From NCBI GenBank assembly GCA_002269645.1, contig NIVC01002896.1, positions 1 through 64,000 of the forward strand: a DNA stretch of 64,000 nucleotides, in the 5' to 3' direction. Under the pieces are notes generated by a model, which was given only the letters and a program-made list of their open reading frames with translations, was not told where the DNA came from and searched no databases. A program made the position numbers and the translations under genes. This stretch comes from Macrostomum lignano. Taxonomy: Eukaryota. Of the stretch, positions 23,756-34,450 are shown in pieces (the first letter of the stretch is position 1; the number at the start of each line of letters is the position of its first letter).

Positions 23756-26700
23756 TGCCATCTTCAGCTGTAGTGTGGCAAAGGGAGATTTGAAGAGGAT
23801 GATGTTTTTAAGGCACTGGAGAGCTGAGCTGCATTGCAAGTTGCTAGTTCCAGGAGCTTTGCAATCAAAACATTAGCAGTACCAGTCAGTGCGGCCTACA
23901 TCGAGAGAGATAGTAATAATAGTAATAATAATAATAATTGATTTCACCTGCCCTATTGCGCGGCGCATCTGAAGGCCCAAGGATTCAGGGGTCACCACAC
24001 ACACCCTCAATTACCCCAGCTAATGCTGGCACCCATTTTACAGCTGGGTGAACTGAAGCAATGCAGAGCTAAGTGGCTTGCTCAAGGACACAAACTGTTC
24101 CGAGTGGGTAGGGAATCGAACCCCCGGCCTTTCAAGTCGCGAGTCCAACGCTCTAACCACTAGGCTGCAACCCCAATGATTAGTTATGTAGTTCTATATT
24201 TTTCTGGAAGCCAATAAATCGAGTGCACAAAAATGCATTGGGTACCCCTGCGATGATGGAGTGCAGATGCTGAACTTGAGCAGGCTTACCAGCAAATTAT
24301 TACGAGATTATTACATCGTAAGCCTATAGCCTGCCTGGTAGACTTACGGAAGGCAATTTTGGGGTGGCGCAAGATACGAAAGTCTCGTACGGTCAAGGAC
24401 AGGGAGAAAAAATGAGATGCTCCGAGTATGAGAAGTCGGGCAAGCATAGACACTAATGATGGGACTGACCAGCGGACCTTGGCTGCTAACACCGCGTAAG
24501 CCTCGGTCTTAGCCAGCGGCCTGGGTACGGGAGGGTAAGGGCTTAGGAAAATTGAGAGAAGGAGAATATGGGGAATACTTTCCGAGTCTTCCGGACTTCC
24601 GGACTTCCGGGCTTCTTCCGGACGTCTTCGGAAGGGGAATACTTTCGTATCCTGGGGCCAACGCTTTTTTCTCCCGCGATGCTAGTCAAATGAATTAATC
24701 AATGAGGTGGACAAAAACTGGACTGAGTAAGCACAGAGGAGCCAATTATTTATTTGGGAAGAAATATCATCGTGGCTTTGACGCTACCTGGCTGCCTGGT
24801 GCTTGGACAGGTACGTGAGCGAGAATTGATTTACCTTTGTGAGCTCCTCAGAGTCGAACAGGGAAAAGTGAGACTGAGGCCCTGACCACGCAACCATTGT
24901 AGGAGTAGCGTGGATTTGAAATTGGCTTTTTTTAGTCACTCACATCGGCTGCGAAGAGTGTGCGAAAGAGCTACAAGGATGCTGCTCTTTCTCCGATGCG
25001 GAATCGGCTGCACATGCTGCTGCTGCCCGGTCTCTGGAGAAGCCTCTATATCTGGCGTCTGGTCCGACATGCGATCCATGTCGTTTAGGGAGCGGAGAGC
25101 TAGCGATAGCGATCCCCAGCGTTGGAGTCGGGGAGAGAGTCGCTGCGGTAGAGGGACACGACAGGTTTAGTAGAAGACTACTCTAAACCTGTCGCTATTT
25201 ATCTACGCGTCTCCTGCAGCCGGTTGCTGGTTGGCTGGGCCACCTCTCAGCCTCTTCCTCTCCTGCCCTGCAGCACCGCCCTCTGCTCCTTCAGACCCAA
25301 GGCCCCTCGGTCTCCAAAGAAGTCCACCCCCTCTCCTGCATCCCATCCAGCTCCATCCCCAATAACCCTCTCCCTCCTTTTCCTCCCTGCCATCCTACTG
25401 GCAAACTGCAAACTGTCGCCTATTTTGACTGCAACCGAGCCGGACCAATCGGCGCAGCGCAGAAGAAAGTTTCCCCGTCTGGACAACTGAGAAGGGAGGG
25501 GCGCAGAGATGATGGAGAAAGTGGAGAAGCTGGGGTAAGTCCAAAGCCTAAAGCTTGGCTGTGTATGCAGCATTTTATGCCACTAATTCGTAGATTCCAC
25601 TGGCCTCGACGAGCTTACATGCTCACGCTCAGTCAACAGGCTCTGAGCAAGGGCGTCGCCACTGGGGGGACAGGGGGGACATGCCATGCGCTTGGTCCCC
25701 CGCCCCTCCTGGTGACCCGTTATGGAAATCAATAATTTTGCTTCAGGGCCCCGAAATGAGTGCCTGCGGCGCCAAAATGAGTGCCTGCGGCGCCAGAATG
25801 AGTGCCTGCGGCGCCAAAATGAGTGCTTGCTTGAGGCGCCAAAATGAGTGACTGCGGCGCCAAAATGAGTGCCTGCGGCGCCAGAATGAGTGCCTGCGGC
25901 GCCAAAATGAGTGCTTGCTTGAGGCGCAAAAATGAGTGACTGCGGCGCCAAAATGAGTGCCCGCGGCGCCAAATGAGCGCTGACAACACCGATTCTGAAA
26001 ATACATGTACATCTACATGTAGAATTTTTGGCTTTATCCCCCCACCATAAAATCCATGGCGATGCCCCTGGCTCTGAGTATCCGGTGGCAAACCAAGACT
26101 TAGCACCGAGCAGGGGGACGCCACCCCTTGCAGAAGAAGTCCTGACGGCGGGGGTGACCCAGCAGGGCATGAGAAAGTTGTAGGCTTAGCAGAAGGCGAC
26201 ACGCGAGGAAGCGGGTGCGCAAATAAGGAGGGATCGGTGGCTGCAGGGGGAGGGGGCGTAGGGGCCGCAGCAGACCAGCAGAAAAAAAAGAAGAAGAAGA
26301 GGCTTGGAAAGCGGCTGCCGGATAAAACTTGGGCGGCCAGTTTAGTCCGGATTTCTAGCGGCGGCTCGGTAAAAACACGCACCCCACAGCATCCCGGAAA
26401 GCTGCGCCGCTTCATCAGCGCGGGGAATTAGCTCCCACTAAACGAGGGGCTTGAGGTGGGGCTGCTCGGTCGCCACTGATGCAATTAGGGGAGGGGGGCT
26501 GGTCTGCTTGAAGCTCTCAATTCGCGGCTAAATTTGAGCTGCCAAGGCTTGGCATGAAGCTTTGCTCAAACTTGGGCGGTATGAGTCCGAATCTTGGCCG
26601 GCTGTAGTTCAATTACTGGGGAGGGCCCTTGGACAGCCCCGCCCGTTTTTGGTCGCGAATCTTCTGCCTCAGCCGCCACAGACGGCGGGCATCCTGGAGG

Positions 26701-29122
26701 AGGTGCTCAGCGACCGGAGAAAATGAACCGCTGCAAGGGGAGCTGGGGTTCGACTCAGCCGTGTAACCAAATAGACGGGCGAAGTGTCAGTCCTCATCAA
26801 AGAAATTGGTTTGGCTGCACGAACTTAGACTCTGAGAGCCAGAGTGACTGAGAGCCAGAGTGACTGAGAGCCAGAGTGACTGAGAGCCAGAGTGACTGAG
26901 AGCCAGAGTGACTGAGAGCCAGAGTGACTGAGAGCCAGAGTGACTGAGAGCCAGAGTGACTGAGAGCCAGAGTGACTGAGAGCCAGAGTGACTGAGAGCC
27001 AGAGTGACTGAGAGCCAGAGTGACTGAGAGCCAGAGTGACTGAGAGCCAGAGTGACTGAGAGCCAGAGTGACTGAGAGCCAGAGTGACTGAGAGCCAGAG
27101 TGACTGAGAGCCAGAGTGACTGAGAGCCAGAGTGACTGAGAGCAAGAGTGACTGAGAGCCAGAGTGACTGAGAGCCAGAGTGACTGAGAGCCAGAGTGAC
27201 TGAGAGCCAGAGTGACTGAGAGCCAGAGTGACTGAGAGCCAGAGTGACTGAGAGCCAGAGTGACTGAGAGCCAGAGTGACTGAGAGCCAGAGTGACTGAG
27301 AGCCAGAGTGACTGAGAGCCAGAGTGACTGAGAGCCAGAGTGACTGAGAGCCAGAGTGACTGAGAGCCAGAGTGACTGAGAGCCAGAGTGACTCGTACAA
27401 GAACTGACAGGTGACTGCTAAAGACAGGAGGTCATAAAGAATGCAACGAGCAGTTGTTGAAGCAGACTCAACAGAAAGGAAGCGAACTCAAGAAATTCGG
27501 AGCGGAAGCAGACGGAGAAAGGCAGGGAACCAGTTCGATCAAGCCCGGCCCCCTGTGCAAACTGGTTTTACACCTGATTTTGTTAAAAAATAGAAATTCA
27601 CACTCCGCCACTGCAGAGAGTGCAACTTTTCCGCCTACTGCAGTAGTCAGTCAGATCAGAGCCCCAAAAGTTCTCCTCAGATGCTGTCTCTTGGAGGCTT
27701 GGCACACAGGATGGGACACAGGGAATGAGAAATGAGACATGGACGCCTGTCGATATGATTTATTCTCTCGCTGTCCCTCTCTCTCGCAGCGGCGCTGACA
27801 GATGAAGCTCCTCATACAGCCTCCGGCAGCGAGAACAGCGAGAGCAGAAAAAGGGATATTGATGCAAAAGAGGAGAGGCAAGCAAGAAGAAGAAAGCTAA
27901 AACTTATTCCCCAGAATTTCTGGAAGATGACAGCAGGGGATCCGGCGATTCCCGAGACCGGATTTGGGGGGCCTGCAGAAATCCCCGGATCTGGACGAAA
28001 GGGCTCGTGAAAATGATCCCCACATCACGCACTACGCCTCCCGGAGTCAGCAAGCGATGATCAGTTGAGAGTTATTGCCAGCTGCTCGGCGCCGCCCGAC
28101 ACAGAAAGAGAGATCTGAGAACATTTCACCTTCACGTGTCACATGAATTTTTCACTGACCGACTGCGGAGGAAGGCAGTGGAGAGGACTGGTTCCAGCCG
28201 GAATTGGGTGGGTCGAGCGGAGCATTACAGCCTATCTCCCAGCCTATCGCCCGGGCACTGTGGGATCAGCTTTTTTGAGCAATGTGAATTGAGCAATACT
28301 AGCGTCCACCATCATTGCTGAGGTCCAGATTGCCATGGGATGGAATTAGTTGATGAGATGGAGGCCGTTAGCGGGGCATCCAGTTACTGATCCTTCTATA
28401 GTTGATTGCGTAATTAAATAACTGACTGACTGACTGACTGACTGACTGACTGACTGACTGACTGACTGACTGACTGACTGACTGACTGACTGACTGACTG
28501 ACTGACTGACTGACTGACTGACTGACTGACTGACTGACTGACTGACTGACTGACTGACTGACTGACTGACTGACTGACTGACTGACTGACTGACTGACTG
28601 ACTGACTGACTGACTGACTGACTGACTGACTGACTGACTGACGCGAGAGAAAATTTTTCCCGGGCGATTTCTCGATCGAGTCTGATAATAAAAATCGACC
28701 GATCTGTGCTTATCTATTCGGAGTTCATAAATCGCATGCAGGCATGCTTTGTTTGTATGCCTATAAATGCATGTGTACATAGTTTTTTAATGTTTTTAGA
28801 GCCGACTTGTTTCTGCACCTCATTTTGCTCTGCTGTCATTGTGTGGGAGGAATTTTTAGCGTTTGCCAAGCTCAGCACTTCCACTGGGGAAGTTATATCT
28901 GTTCTCCCAAGAGCATAGGGAAAATCCCTTGGGGGAGGGCAGGCGTGGGGGAGCGGAGAGAAGGCCACCCGGCAGTGTACACTGACAGCAACACAACTCA
29001 CCGCAGGTCTTGTCCGGGACGGGCGACAACGAAATCCCGGTCTCCTTGGCCGGCTCCGAGTTTGCCGCGGCCGACCCGGTCGGCACTCCTTCTACCACAA
29101 ATCGGCTGATGTCGGTTGCCAT
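8793..29122 (-). CDS. kcc: K-Cl cotransporter (SLC12A4-7/KCC family), 1058 aa, spliced
   Basis: join(29122-29002, 23767-23661, 20344-19904, 19034-18365, 17271-17214, 17130-17012, 15919-15089, 13147-12550, 9024-8793) = 3177 nt, all GT-AG and phase-consistent. Motifs: [73 protein letters not shown]...[20 protein letters not shown]. Confidence 0.93.
9125..9240 (-). mobile_element. SINE family 2, partial copy
   Basis: Shares GGGCCAA...GAGTGTACA...CCGCTGTACACCCT.TGTGAGCGTG with the copies at 32.4, 43.1 and 59.8 kb. Confidence 0.7.
10995..11420. repeat. G-rich 6-7 nt repeat (GGGATT / GGGATCT / GGGGTT / GGGAGCT)
   Basis: Dense GGG tracts with 3-4 nt loops in the last KCC intron. Confidence 0.95.
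12550..13147 (-). CDS. kcc: KCC coding exon 8 (C-terminal cytoplasmic domain)
   Basis: CCGTAG acceptor, GTGAGT donor; [23 protein letters not shown]. Confidence 0.95.
14215..15057. repeat. 22-nt intronic minisatellite (GGAGGACAGAATGCGTCAGCAC)
   Basis: About 37 units ending about 30 nt from the donor at 15088. Confidence 0.95.
15089..15919 (-). CDS. kcc: KCC coding exon 7 (last TM helices, start of C-domain)
   Basis: APRLFQAIA...[10 protein letters not shown]...[10 protein letters not shown]...KNWRPQLL. Confidence 0.95.
16015..17000. repeat. 19-nt polypyrimidine minisatellite (CCGCCCTCTCC(T/C)TC(A/C)TCTT)
   Basis: Fills most of the intron 15920-17011. Confidence 0.95.
17012..17130 (-). CDS. 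kcc: KCC coding exon 6 (not in the ORF track)
   Basis: [40 protein letters not shown]; TTTCAG acceptor, GTGAGA donor. Confidence 0.92.
17214..17271 (-). CDS. kcc: KCC coding exon 5, 58 nt (not in the ORF track)
   Basis: (Y)[18 protein letters not shown](K); phases match both neighbours. Confidence 0.9.
17380..18342. repeat. 17-nt intronic minisatellite (TTCAGAGTGACCCTCCA)
   Basis: About 55 units, ending about 20 nt from the exon-4 donor. Confidence 0.95.
18365..19034 (-). CDS. kcc: KCC coding exon 4 (large extracellular loop with Cys residues)
   Basis: [10 protein letters not shown]...NNARIYG...[17 protein letters not shown]. Confidence 0.95.
19170..19480. repeat. 28-nt C/T-rich intronic minisatellite
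   Basis: CTCTCTACTTCTCTCCCTTCCTGTCTGT units. Confidence 0.9.
19904..20344 (-). CDS. kcc: KCC coding exon 3 (first TM helices)
   Basis: [13 protein letters not shown]...[18 protein letters not shown]...SRSLGPEFG. Confidence 0.95.
20360..21590. repeat. 22-nt intronic minisatellite (AGTATGTGTCTTAGTGTGTCTC)
   Basis: About 55 units starting about 15 nt from the acceptor. Confidence 0.95.
22290..22670. repeat. 12-nt repeat (TATGACTCTCAG)
   Basis: About 30 degenerate units. Confidence 0.9.
23661..23767 (-). CDS. kcc: KCC coding exon 2 with poly-Gly tract
   Basis: EDGS(G)11[20 protein letters not shown] joins EEY to give LDLYREEY, matching KCC LALFEEE. CTACAG acceptor, GTGAGA donor. Confidence 0.85.
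23912..24174 (-). mobile_element. tRNA-derived SINE family 1 (CORE-like body, ATT tail)
   Basis: A box TAGTGGTTAGAGC, B box GGTTCGATTCC, body GTGTCCTTGAGCAAGCCACTTAGC...CAGCTGTAAAATGGG, (ATT)n tail. Confidence 0.85.
24944..25079 (-). CDS. kcc: Candidate alternative first coding exon of KCC
   Basis: [45 protein letters not shown] plus phase-1 GTGAGT donor, compatible with exon 2; strong acceptor at 25143-25144. Confidence 0.6.
25648..26070. mobile_element. hAT-type MITE, 423 bp, with internal 21-nt tandem repeat
   Basis: 14-bp TIRs CAAGGGCGTCGCCA / TGGCGATGCCCCTG; perfect 8-bp TSD GCTCTGAG at 25640-25647 and 26071-26078. Confidence 0.9.
26829..27393. repeat. Near-perfect 16-nt minisatellite (TGAGAGCCAGAGTGAC)
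   Basis: About 35 copies with one visible substitution. Confidence 0.97.
28419..28641. repeat. (TGAC)n microsatellite
   Basis: About 55 perfect copies. Confidence 0.98.
29002..29122 (-). CDS. kcc: KCC first coding exon
   Basis: [14 protein letters not shown]...DKTC with RFxV SPAK/OSR1 docking motif; GTGAGT donor phase 1; TTTTTTTCAG acceptor 32 nt upstream of ATG. Confidence 0.75.
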
Positions 29123-29128
29123 GGCAAC
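29115..29128. promoter_or_regulatory. Perfect palindromic RFX X-box GTTGCCATGGCAAC over the KCC start codon
   Basis: Exact 14-bp palindrome; inverted CCAAT pair at 29143-29155. Function untested. Confidence 0.4.
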
Positions 29129-29879
29129 GACAGATTCGATATGCCAATAATTGGCTGAAAAAAATGTATTGATACTCGGTAAGTTGTTAAGCAGCGAGAG
29201 GAAGGGTTGGAGAAAGGGTCAATATATAGGCACACGGGGAGGGGGGCTGAGCCCCTATCGCGGCTACGTATTATATAGAAGCCATAAGTGTGCCAACTGG
29301 CGGCGGGTGTGCTATTGGAAAGCTGACGGATAGTGCTGGAAGTTGAGCAGGAGGGAGAGAGAGGTGGACCAGTCTCTCAGACCAATAGGCGAGCTGCTCA
29401 GCACTGAGGTCGTGGGCGTGGGGTGGCTTATAGCTGGCTGTTCAGTGGGAAACGTCTTCCCCTAAGGATTGGAGAGGGGGAAGTCAAGGGGAGCGACAGA
29501 ATCGAGCGAGAGAAACCGGATCAATCCAGATGAATAAAACAAGTTATCGAACCGAACCTGTGGAGCGGAGAGGCGGCGGCAAGTCAAGGGGGGTTGCGGG
29601 CGAAAGGGATGAAGGGCAATTATAAAAGGCAGATATATTAATGCCAACGAATCCGGCTTCACTCGGATAGTTATTGAGACCAGGAGGTGGGGGCATCATT
29701 TCATTTCATTCTTTTGATCATCTGTGCCCGACTGATTGTACAATGAAATAAGAAGCTTGCACTGAACAGGTTTACTGAATAATATTCCATAATCCTGTTG
29801 GATTAACGATATGAGAAGTTGGAAGAAAGCTGCAAAGTTAAATTTAAATCAGCAGGAATGAAAACTTACCACGAATTGA

Positions 29880-30495
29880 GGCCAACCGGAAGCTCATCGG
29901 ATCGACCGGAAGCTCATCAGATCAACTGGAAGCTCCTAAAATCAACCGGAAACTCATCGGATAAACCGGAAGCTCCTAAAATCAACCGGAAACTCATCGG
30001 ATTAACCGGAAGCTCCTAAAATCAACCGGAAACTCATCGGATCGACCGGAAGCTCATCAGATCAACCGGAAGCTCATCAAATCAACCGGAAGCTCGTCAA
30101 ATCAACCGGAAGCTCATCAGATCAACTGGAAGCTCCTAAAATCAACCGGAAGCTCATAAAATCAACCGGAAGCTCATGAAATCAACTGAAAGTTCATAAA
30201 ATAAACTGGAAGCTCATAAAATCAACCGGAAGCTCATGAAATCAACCGGAAGCTCATGAAATCAACTGGAAGTTCATAAAATAAACCGGAAGCTCATAAA
30301 ATCAACCGGAAGCTCATAAAATCAACCGGAAGCTCATCAAATCAACCGGAAGCTCATAAAATCAACTGGAAGTTCATAAAATAAACCGGAAGCTCATAAA
30401 ATCAACCGGAAGCTCATCAAATCAACCGGAAGCTCATCAAATCAACCGGAAGCTCATAAAATCAACCGGAAGCTCATCGGATCAACCAGAAGCTC
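29880..30495. repeat. 20-nt minisatellite (AAATCAACCGGAAGCTCATA)
   Basis: About 28 units upstream of KCC. Confidence 0.95.
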
Positions 30496-30859
30496 ATCAG
30501 AACAGCAGGAACCTACAACCCGGAAAGTGAATCAAACGTCCGACAAAGCAAATATAAAGAACTTATAATTTCTTAAAATAAAAATCGAACTCAAACCTTT
30601 GACTTCGACCTTTTTATGAAGGCTTTATTTCGCTGTCTATTTGTTATTTGTAAAGAACAAGGATTCTTTCCAGATGTCCCCCATCGGGGGCGAAGATTGC
30701 TAGTTAAAAGCTATAAAGGTGATAATTATTATTATGCCTGAGTGAGGTCGCAATATATCAGAATTAGTGACTCACAATCAATTGTACCTGCCTCATTTGC
30801 ACCTAGCCTGTGAGTAGAGATGTCCAGCTGCGCCGGGTGCAATATGGAATCAAAGCTTG

Positions 30860-32026
30860 TGTGTTTGCGCTAGTTCTTTCCGTGTCTGAAGCAAAGTTCT
30901 CGTGTCTGACGCAAAGTTCTCGTGTCTGAAGCAAAGTTCTTTCCGTGTCTGACGCAAAGTTCTTTCCGTGTCTGACGCAAAGTTCTTTCCGTGTCTGACG
31001 CAAAGTTCTCGTGTCTGACGCAAAGTTCTCGTGTCTGACGCAAAGTTCTTTCCGTGTCTGACGCAAAGTTCTTTCCGTGTCTGACGCAAAGTTCTCGTGT
31101 CTGACGCAAAGTTCTCGTGTCTGACGCAAAGTTCTCGTGTCTGACGCAAAGTTCTTTCCGTGTCTGACGCAAAGTTCTTGTGTCTGACGCAAAGTTCTTT
31201 CCGTGTCTGACGCAAAATTCTTGTGTCTGACGCAAAGTTCTTTCCGTGTCTGACGCAAAGTTCTCGTGTCTGACGCAAAGTTCTTTCCGTGTCTGACGCA
31301 AAGTTCTCGTGTCTGACGCAAAGTTCTCGTGTCTGACGCAAAGTTCTCGTGTCTGACGCAAAGTTCTCGTGTCTGACGCAAAGTTCTCGTGTCTGACGCA
31401 AAGTTCTTTCCGTGTCTGACGCAAAGTTCTTTCCGTGTCTGACGCAAAATTCTTGTGTCTGACGCAAAGTTCTCGTGTCTGACGCAAAGTTCTCGTGTCT
31501 GACGCAAAGTTCTCGTGTCTGACGCAAAGTTCTTTCCGTGTCTGACGCAAAATTCTTTCCGTGTCTGACGCAAAGTTCTCGTGTCTGACGCAAAGTTCTT
31601 TCCGTGTCTGACACAAAGTTCTTTCCGTGTCTGACGCAAAGTTCTTGTGTCTGACGCAAAGTTCTTTCCGTGTCTGACGCAAAATTCTTGTGTCTGACGC
31701 AAAGTTCTTTCCGTGTCTGATGCAAAGTTCTCGTGTCTGACGCAAAGTTCTCGTGTCTGACGCAAAGTTCTCGTGTCTGACGCAAAGTTCTCGTGTCTGA
31801 CGCAAAGTTCTCGTGTCTGACGCAAAGTTCTTTCCGTGTCTGACGCAAAGTTCTTTCCGTGTCTGACGCAAAATTCTTGTGTCTGACGCAAAGTTCTCGT
31901 GTCTGACGCAAAGTTCTCGTGTCTGACGCAAAGTTCTCGTGTCTGACGCAAAGTTCTCGTGTCTGACGCAAAGTTCTCGTGTCTGACGCAAAGTTTTTTC
32001 CGTGTCTGACGCAAATTTCTCGTGTC
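30860..32026. repeat. 18/22-nt minisatellite (GTGTCTGACGCAAAGTTCT[C/TTCC])
   Basis: About 55 units of two interspersed lengths. Confidence 0.95.
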
Positions 32027-32394
32027 TTATTAAATCTCTTAAAAACTGACTCCCCGTCAAGAATTTAAACTTTTACTGCTCCACTTTACCTTGGAGTTCA
32101 GCTCAAGTATCCATTTTATTGTAATCATTCGCATTGGAAGATAATTATCCGAAAATTGCAAAATATCTGACGCAAAATTATGCGTATTAGATCAAGAGAT
32201 TGCTAGCAGAAAGGCTTCTGGGGCTGCTTAGGACACGGTTTAGGGCTCCGGTGACCTAACAATTAGGGCTAGGGTTATACCTAAGGCTAAGTCGTTTTAT
32301 GGATCATCTCCTTTCGATCGATACAGATCTCTAGTTTCCGGAACACCTGATCTATGGATGAGAGGCCGTTCGAATCAAATCTAAATCAACAGCT

Positions 32395-32560
32395 GATTGA
32401 CTCCTGAACACACACAAGCACGACAATACTGTACTCAGGCACGCATTCATACACACGCTCACACAGGGTGTACAGCGGCCCTGACTGTCTAATCCTCAGG
32501 CATGTACACTCTCTGTGCCTTGGGGGTTGGCCCTCATTGGTCAACCGCGGAGCTGCTCTG
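32395..32560 (-). mobile_element. SINE family 2, partial copy
   Basis: GAGGGCCAACCCCCAAGGCACAGAGAGTGTACATGCC...GGGCCGCTGTACACCCTGTGTGAGCGTGTGTA. Confidence 0.75.
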
Positions 32561-33139
32561 TCCACTTTGTTAAAAGTACACGCAACAGCAGCCACAGCGA
32601 GACTTCTTAGAAAATGTTTGCGGTTGTTGTCGGATTCTGCTGCGTAAAACTTTCGGAAAGGAAAAACTAAATTAAAGTGATAGTGAGAGCTGACATTTGA
32701 CGAGGTACTTGAATGTCTCTTAGTTGCCAACAAGGACTATTAGACTAGTTAGGACTAGGCTAGGACTACTCTGTAACGAAGTGTTCCTAGGGTCCTTGGT
32801 TGCCAAGTCATTAGCAGAATTTATTCAAAATTAAAGTCGCTTTCTTGGCGCAAGAATCTTGATTGCTGCGCGGGCTCGGGGACTTCCTATCGGACCCGAT
32901 GTGCCTTGATAATTCCTCAACCCACCGATTGGAAAGTGGAATTAGCCGGTCCTATCGGAATTGCGTCCGAACCCCCACTTGCGTGCATCCCCTGCGCACT
33001 TTTGTGAAGCCAGTTCACCGAGTCCAGATATGGGCAGAGACTTAAATTTAGGTTTTATAAACCTGCGCATATGAATCCATAATGTATTCGTATTCATGGG
33101 CTGGGTTAATATCGATTCGATTTCCTTCGCCTGTGAGAT

Positions 33140-34450
33140 AGATTAGCAATCCATTCTATTCCTTCATCCGTGATGGGGCTATAGATTAGCAATCCATTCT
33201 ATTCCTTCATCAGTGATGGCTATAGATTAGCAATCCATTCTATTCCTTCATCATTGATGGGGCTATAGATTAGCAATCCATTCTATTCCTTCATCCGTGA
33301 TTGGGCTATAGATTAGCAATCCATTCTATTCCTTCATCAGTGATGGCTATAGATTAGCAATCCATTCTATTCCTTCATCATTGATGGGGCTGTAGATTAG
33401 CAATCCATTCTATTCCTTCATCAGTGATGGCTATAGATTAGCAATCCATTCTATTCCTTCATCCCTGATGGCTATAGATTAGCAATCCATTCTATTCCTT
33501 CATCCGTGATGGCTATAGATTAGCAATCCATTCTATTCCTTCATCAGTGATGGCTATAGATTAGCAATCCATTCTATTCCTTCATCATTGATGGGGCTAT
33601 AGATTAGCAATCCATTCTATTCCTTCATCAGTGATGGCTATAGATTAGCAATCCATTCTATTCCTTCATCCCTGATGGCTATAGATTAGCAATCCATTCT
33701 ATTCCTTCATCCCTGATGGCTATAGATTAGCAATCCATTCTATTCCTTCATCAGTGATGGGGCTATAGATTAGCAATCCATTATATTCCTTCATCAGTGA
33801 TGGCTATAGATTAGCAATCCATTCTATTCCTTCATCAGTGATGGCTATAGATTTGCAATCCATTCTATTCCTTCATCCGTGATGGGGCTATAGATTAGCA
33901 ATCCATTCTATTCCTTCATCAGTGATTGCTATAGATTAGCAATCCATTCTATTCCTTCATCCCTGATGGCTATAGATTAGCAATCCATTCTATTCCTTCA
34001 TCCCTGATGGCTATAGATTAGCAATCCATTCTATTCCTTCATCAGTGATGGCTATAGATTAGCAATCCATTCTATTCCTTCATCAGTGATGGCTATAGAT
34101 TAGCAATCCATTCTATTCCTTCATCAGTGATGGCTATAGATTAGCAATCCATTCTATTCCTTCATCCCTGATGGCTATAGATTAGCAATCCATTCTATTC
34201 CTTCATCCCTGATGGCTATAGATTAGCAATCCATTCTATTCCTTCATCATTGATGGCTATAGATTAGCAATCCATTCTATTCCTTCATCCCTGATGGCTA
34301 TAGATTAGCAATCCATTCTATTCCTTCATCCCTGATGGCTATAGATTAGCAATCCATTCTATTCCTTCATCATTGATGGCTATAGATTAGCAATCCATTC
34401 TATTCCTTCATCAGTGATGGCTATAGATTAGCAATCCATTCTATTCCCTA
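33140..34450. repeat. 37-40 nt minisatellite (GATGGCTATAGATTAGCAATCCATTCTATTCCTTCATC+nnn)
   Basis: About 33 units; the same unit recurs at 37110-37335. Confidence 0.95.

Noticed and set aside
24090-24174. tRNA gene candidates (also about 35140, 40700 and 43060)
   Set aside because: No paired acceptor stem or T-rich terminator; each continues into a shared SINE body.
25583-26431. ORFs of 195 and 228 aa and the Lys-rich plus-strand ORF
   Set aside because: They run through the MITE repeat or a pyrimidine tract; no recognisable protein.
33140-34450. CRISPR-like constant repeat with a variable slot
   Set aside because: The variable part is only 2-4 nt and drawn from a few alleles; there are no cas genes; the context is eukaryotic.
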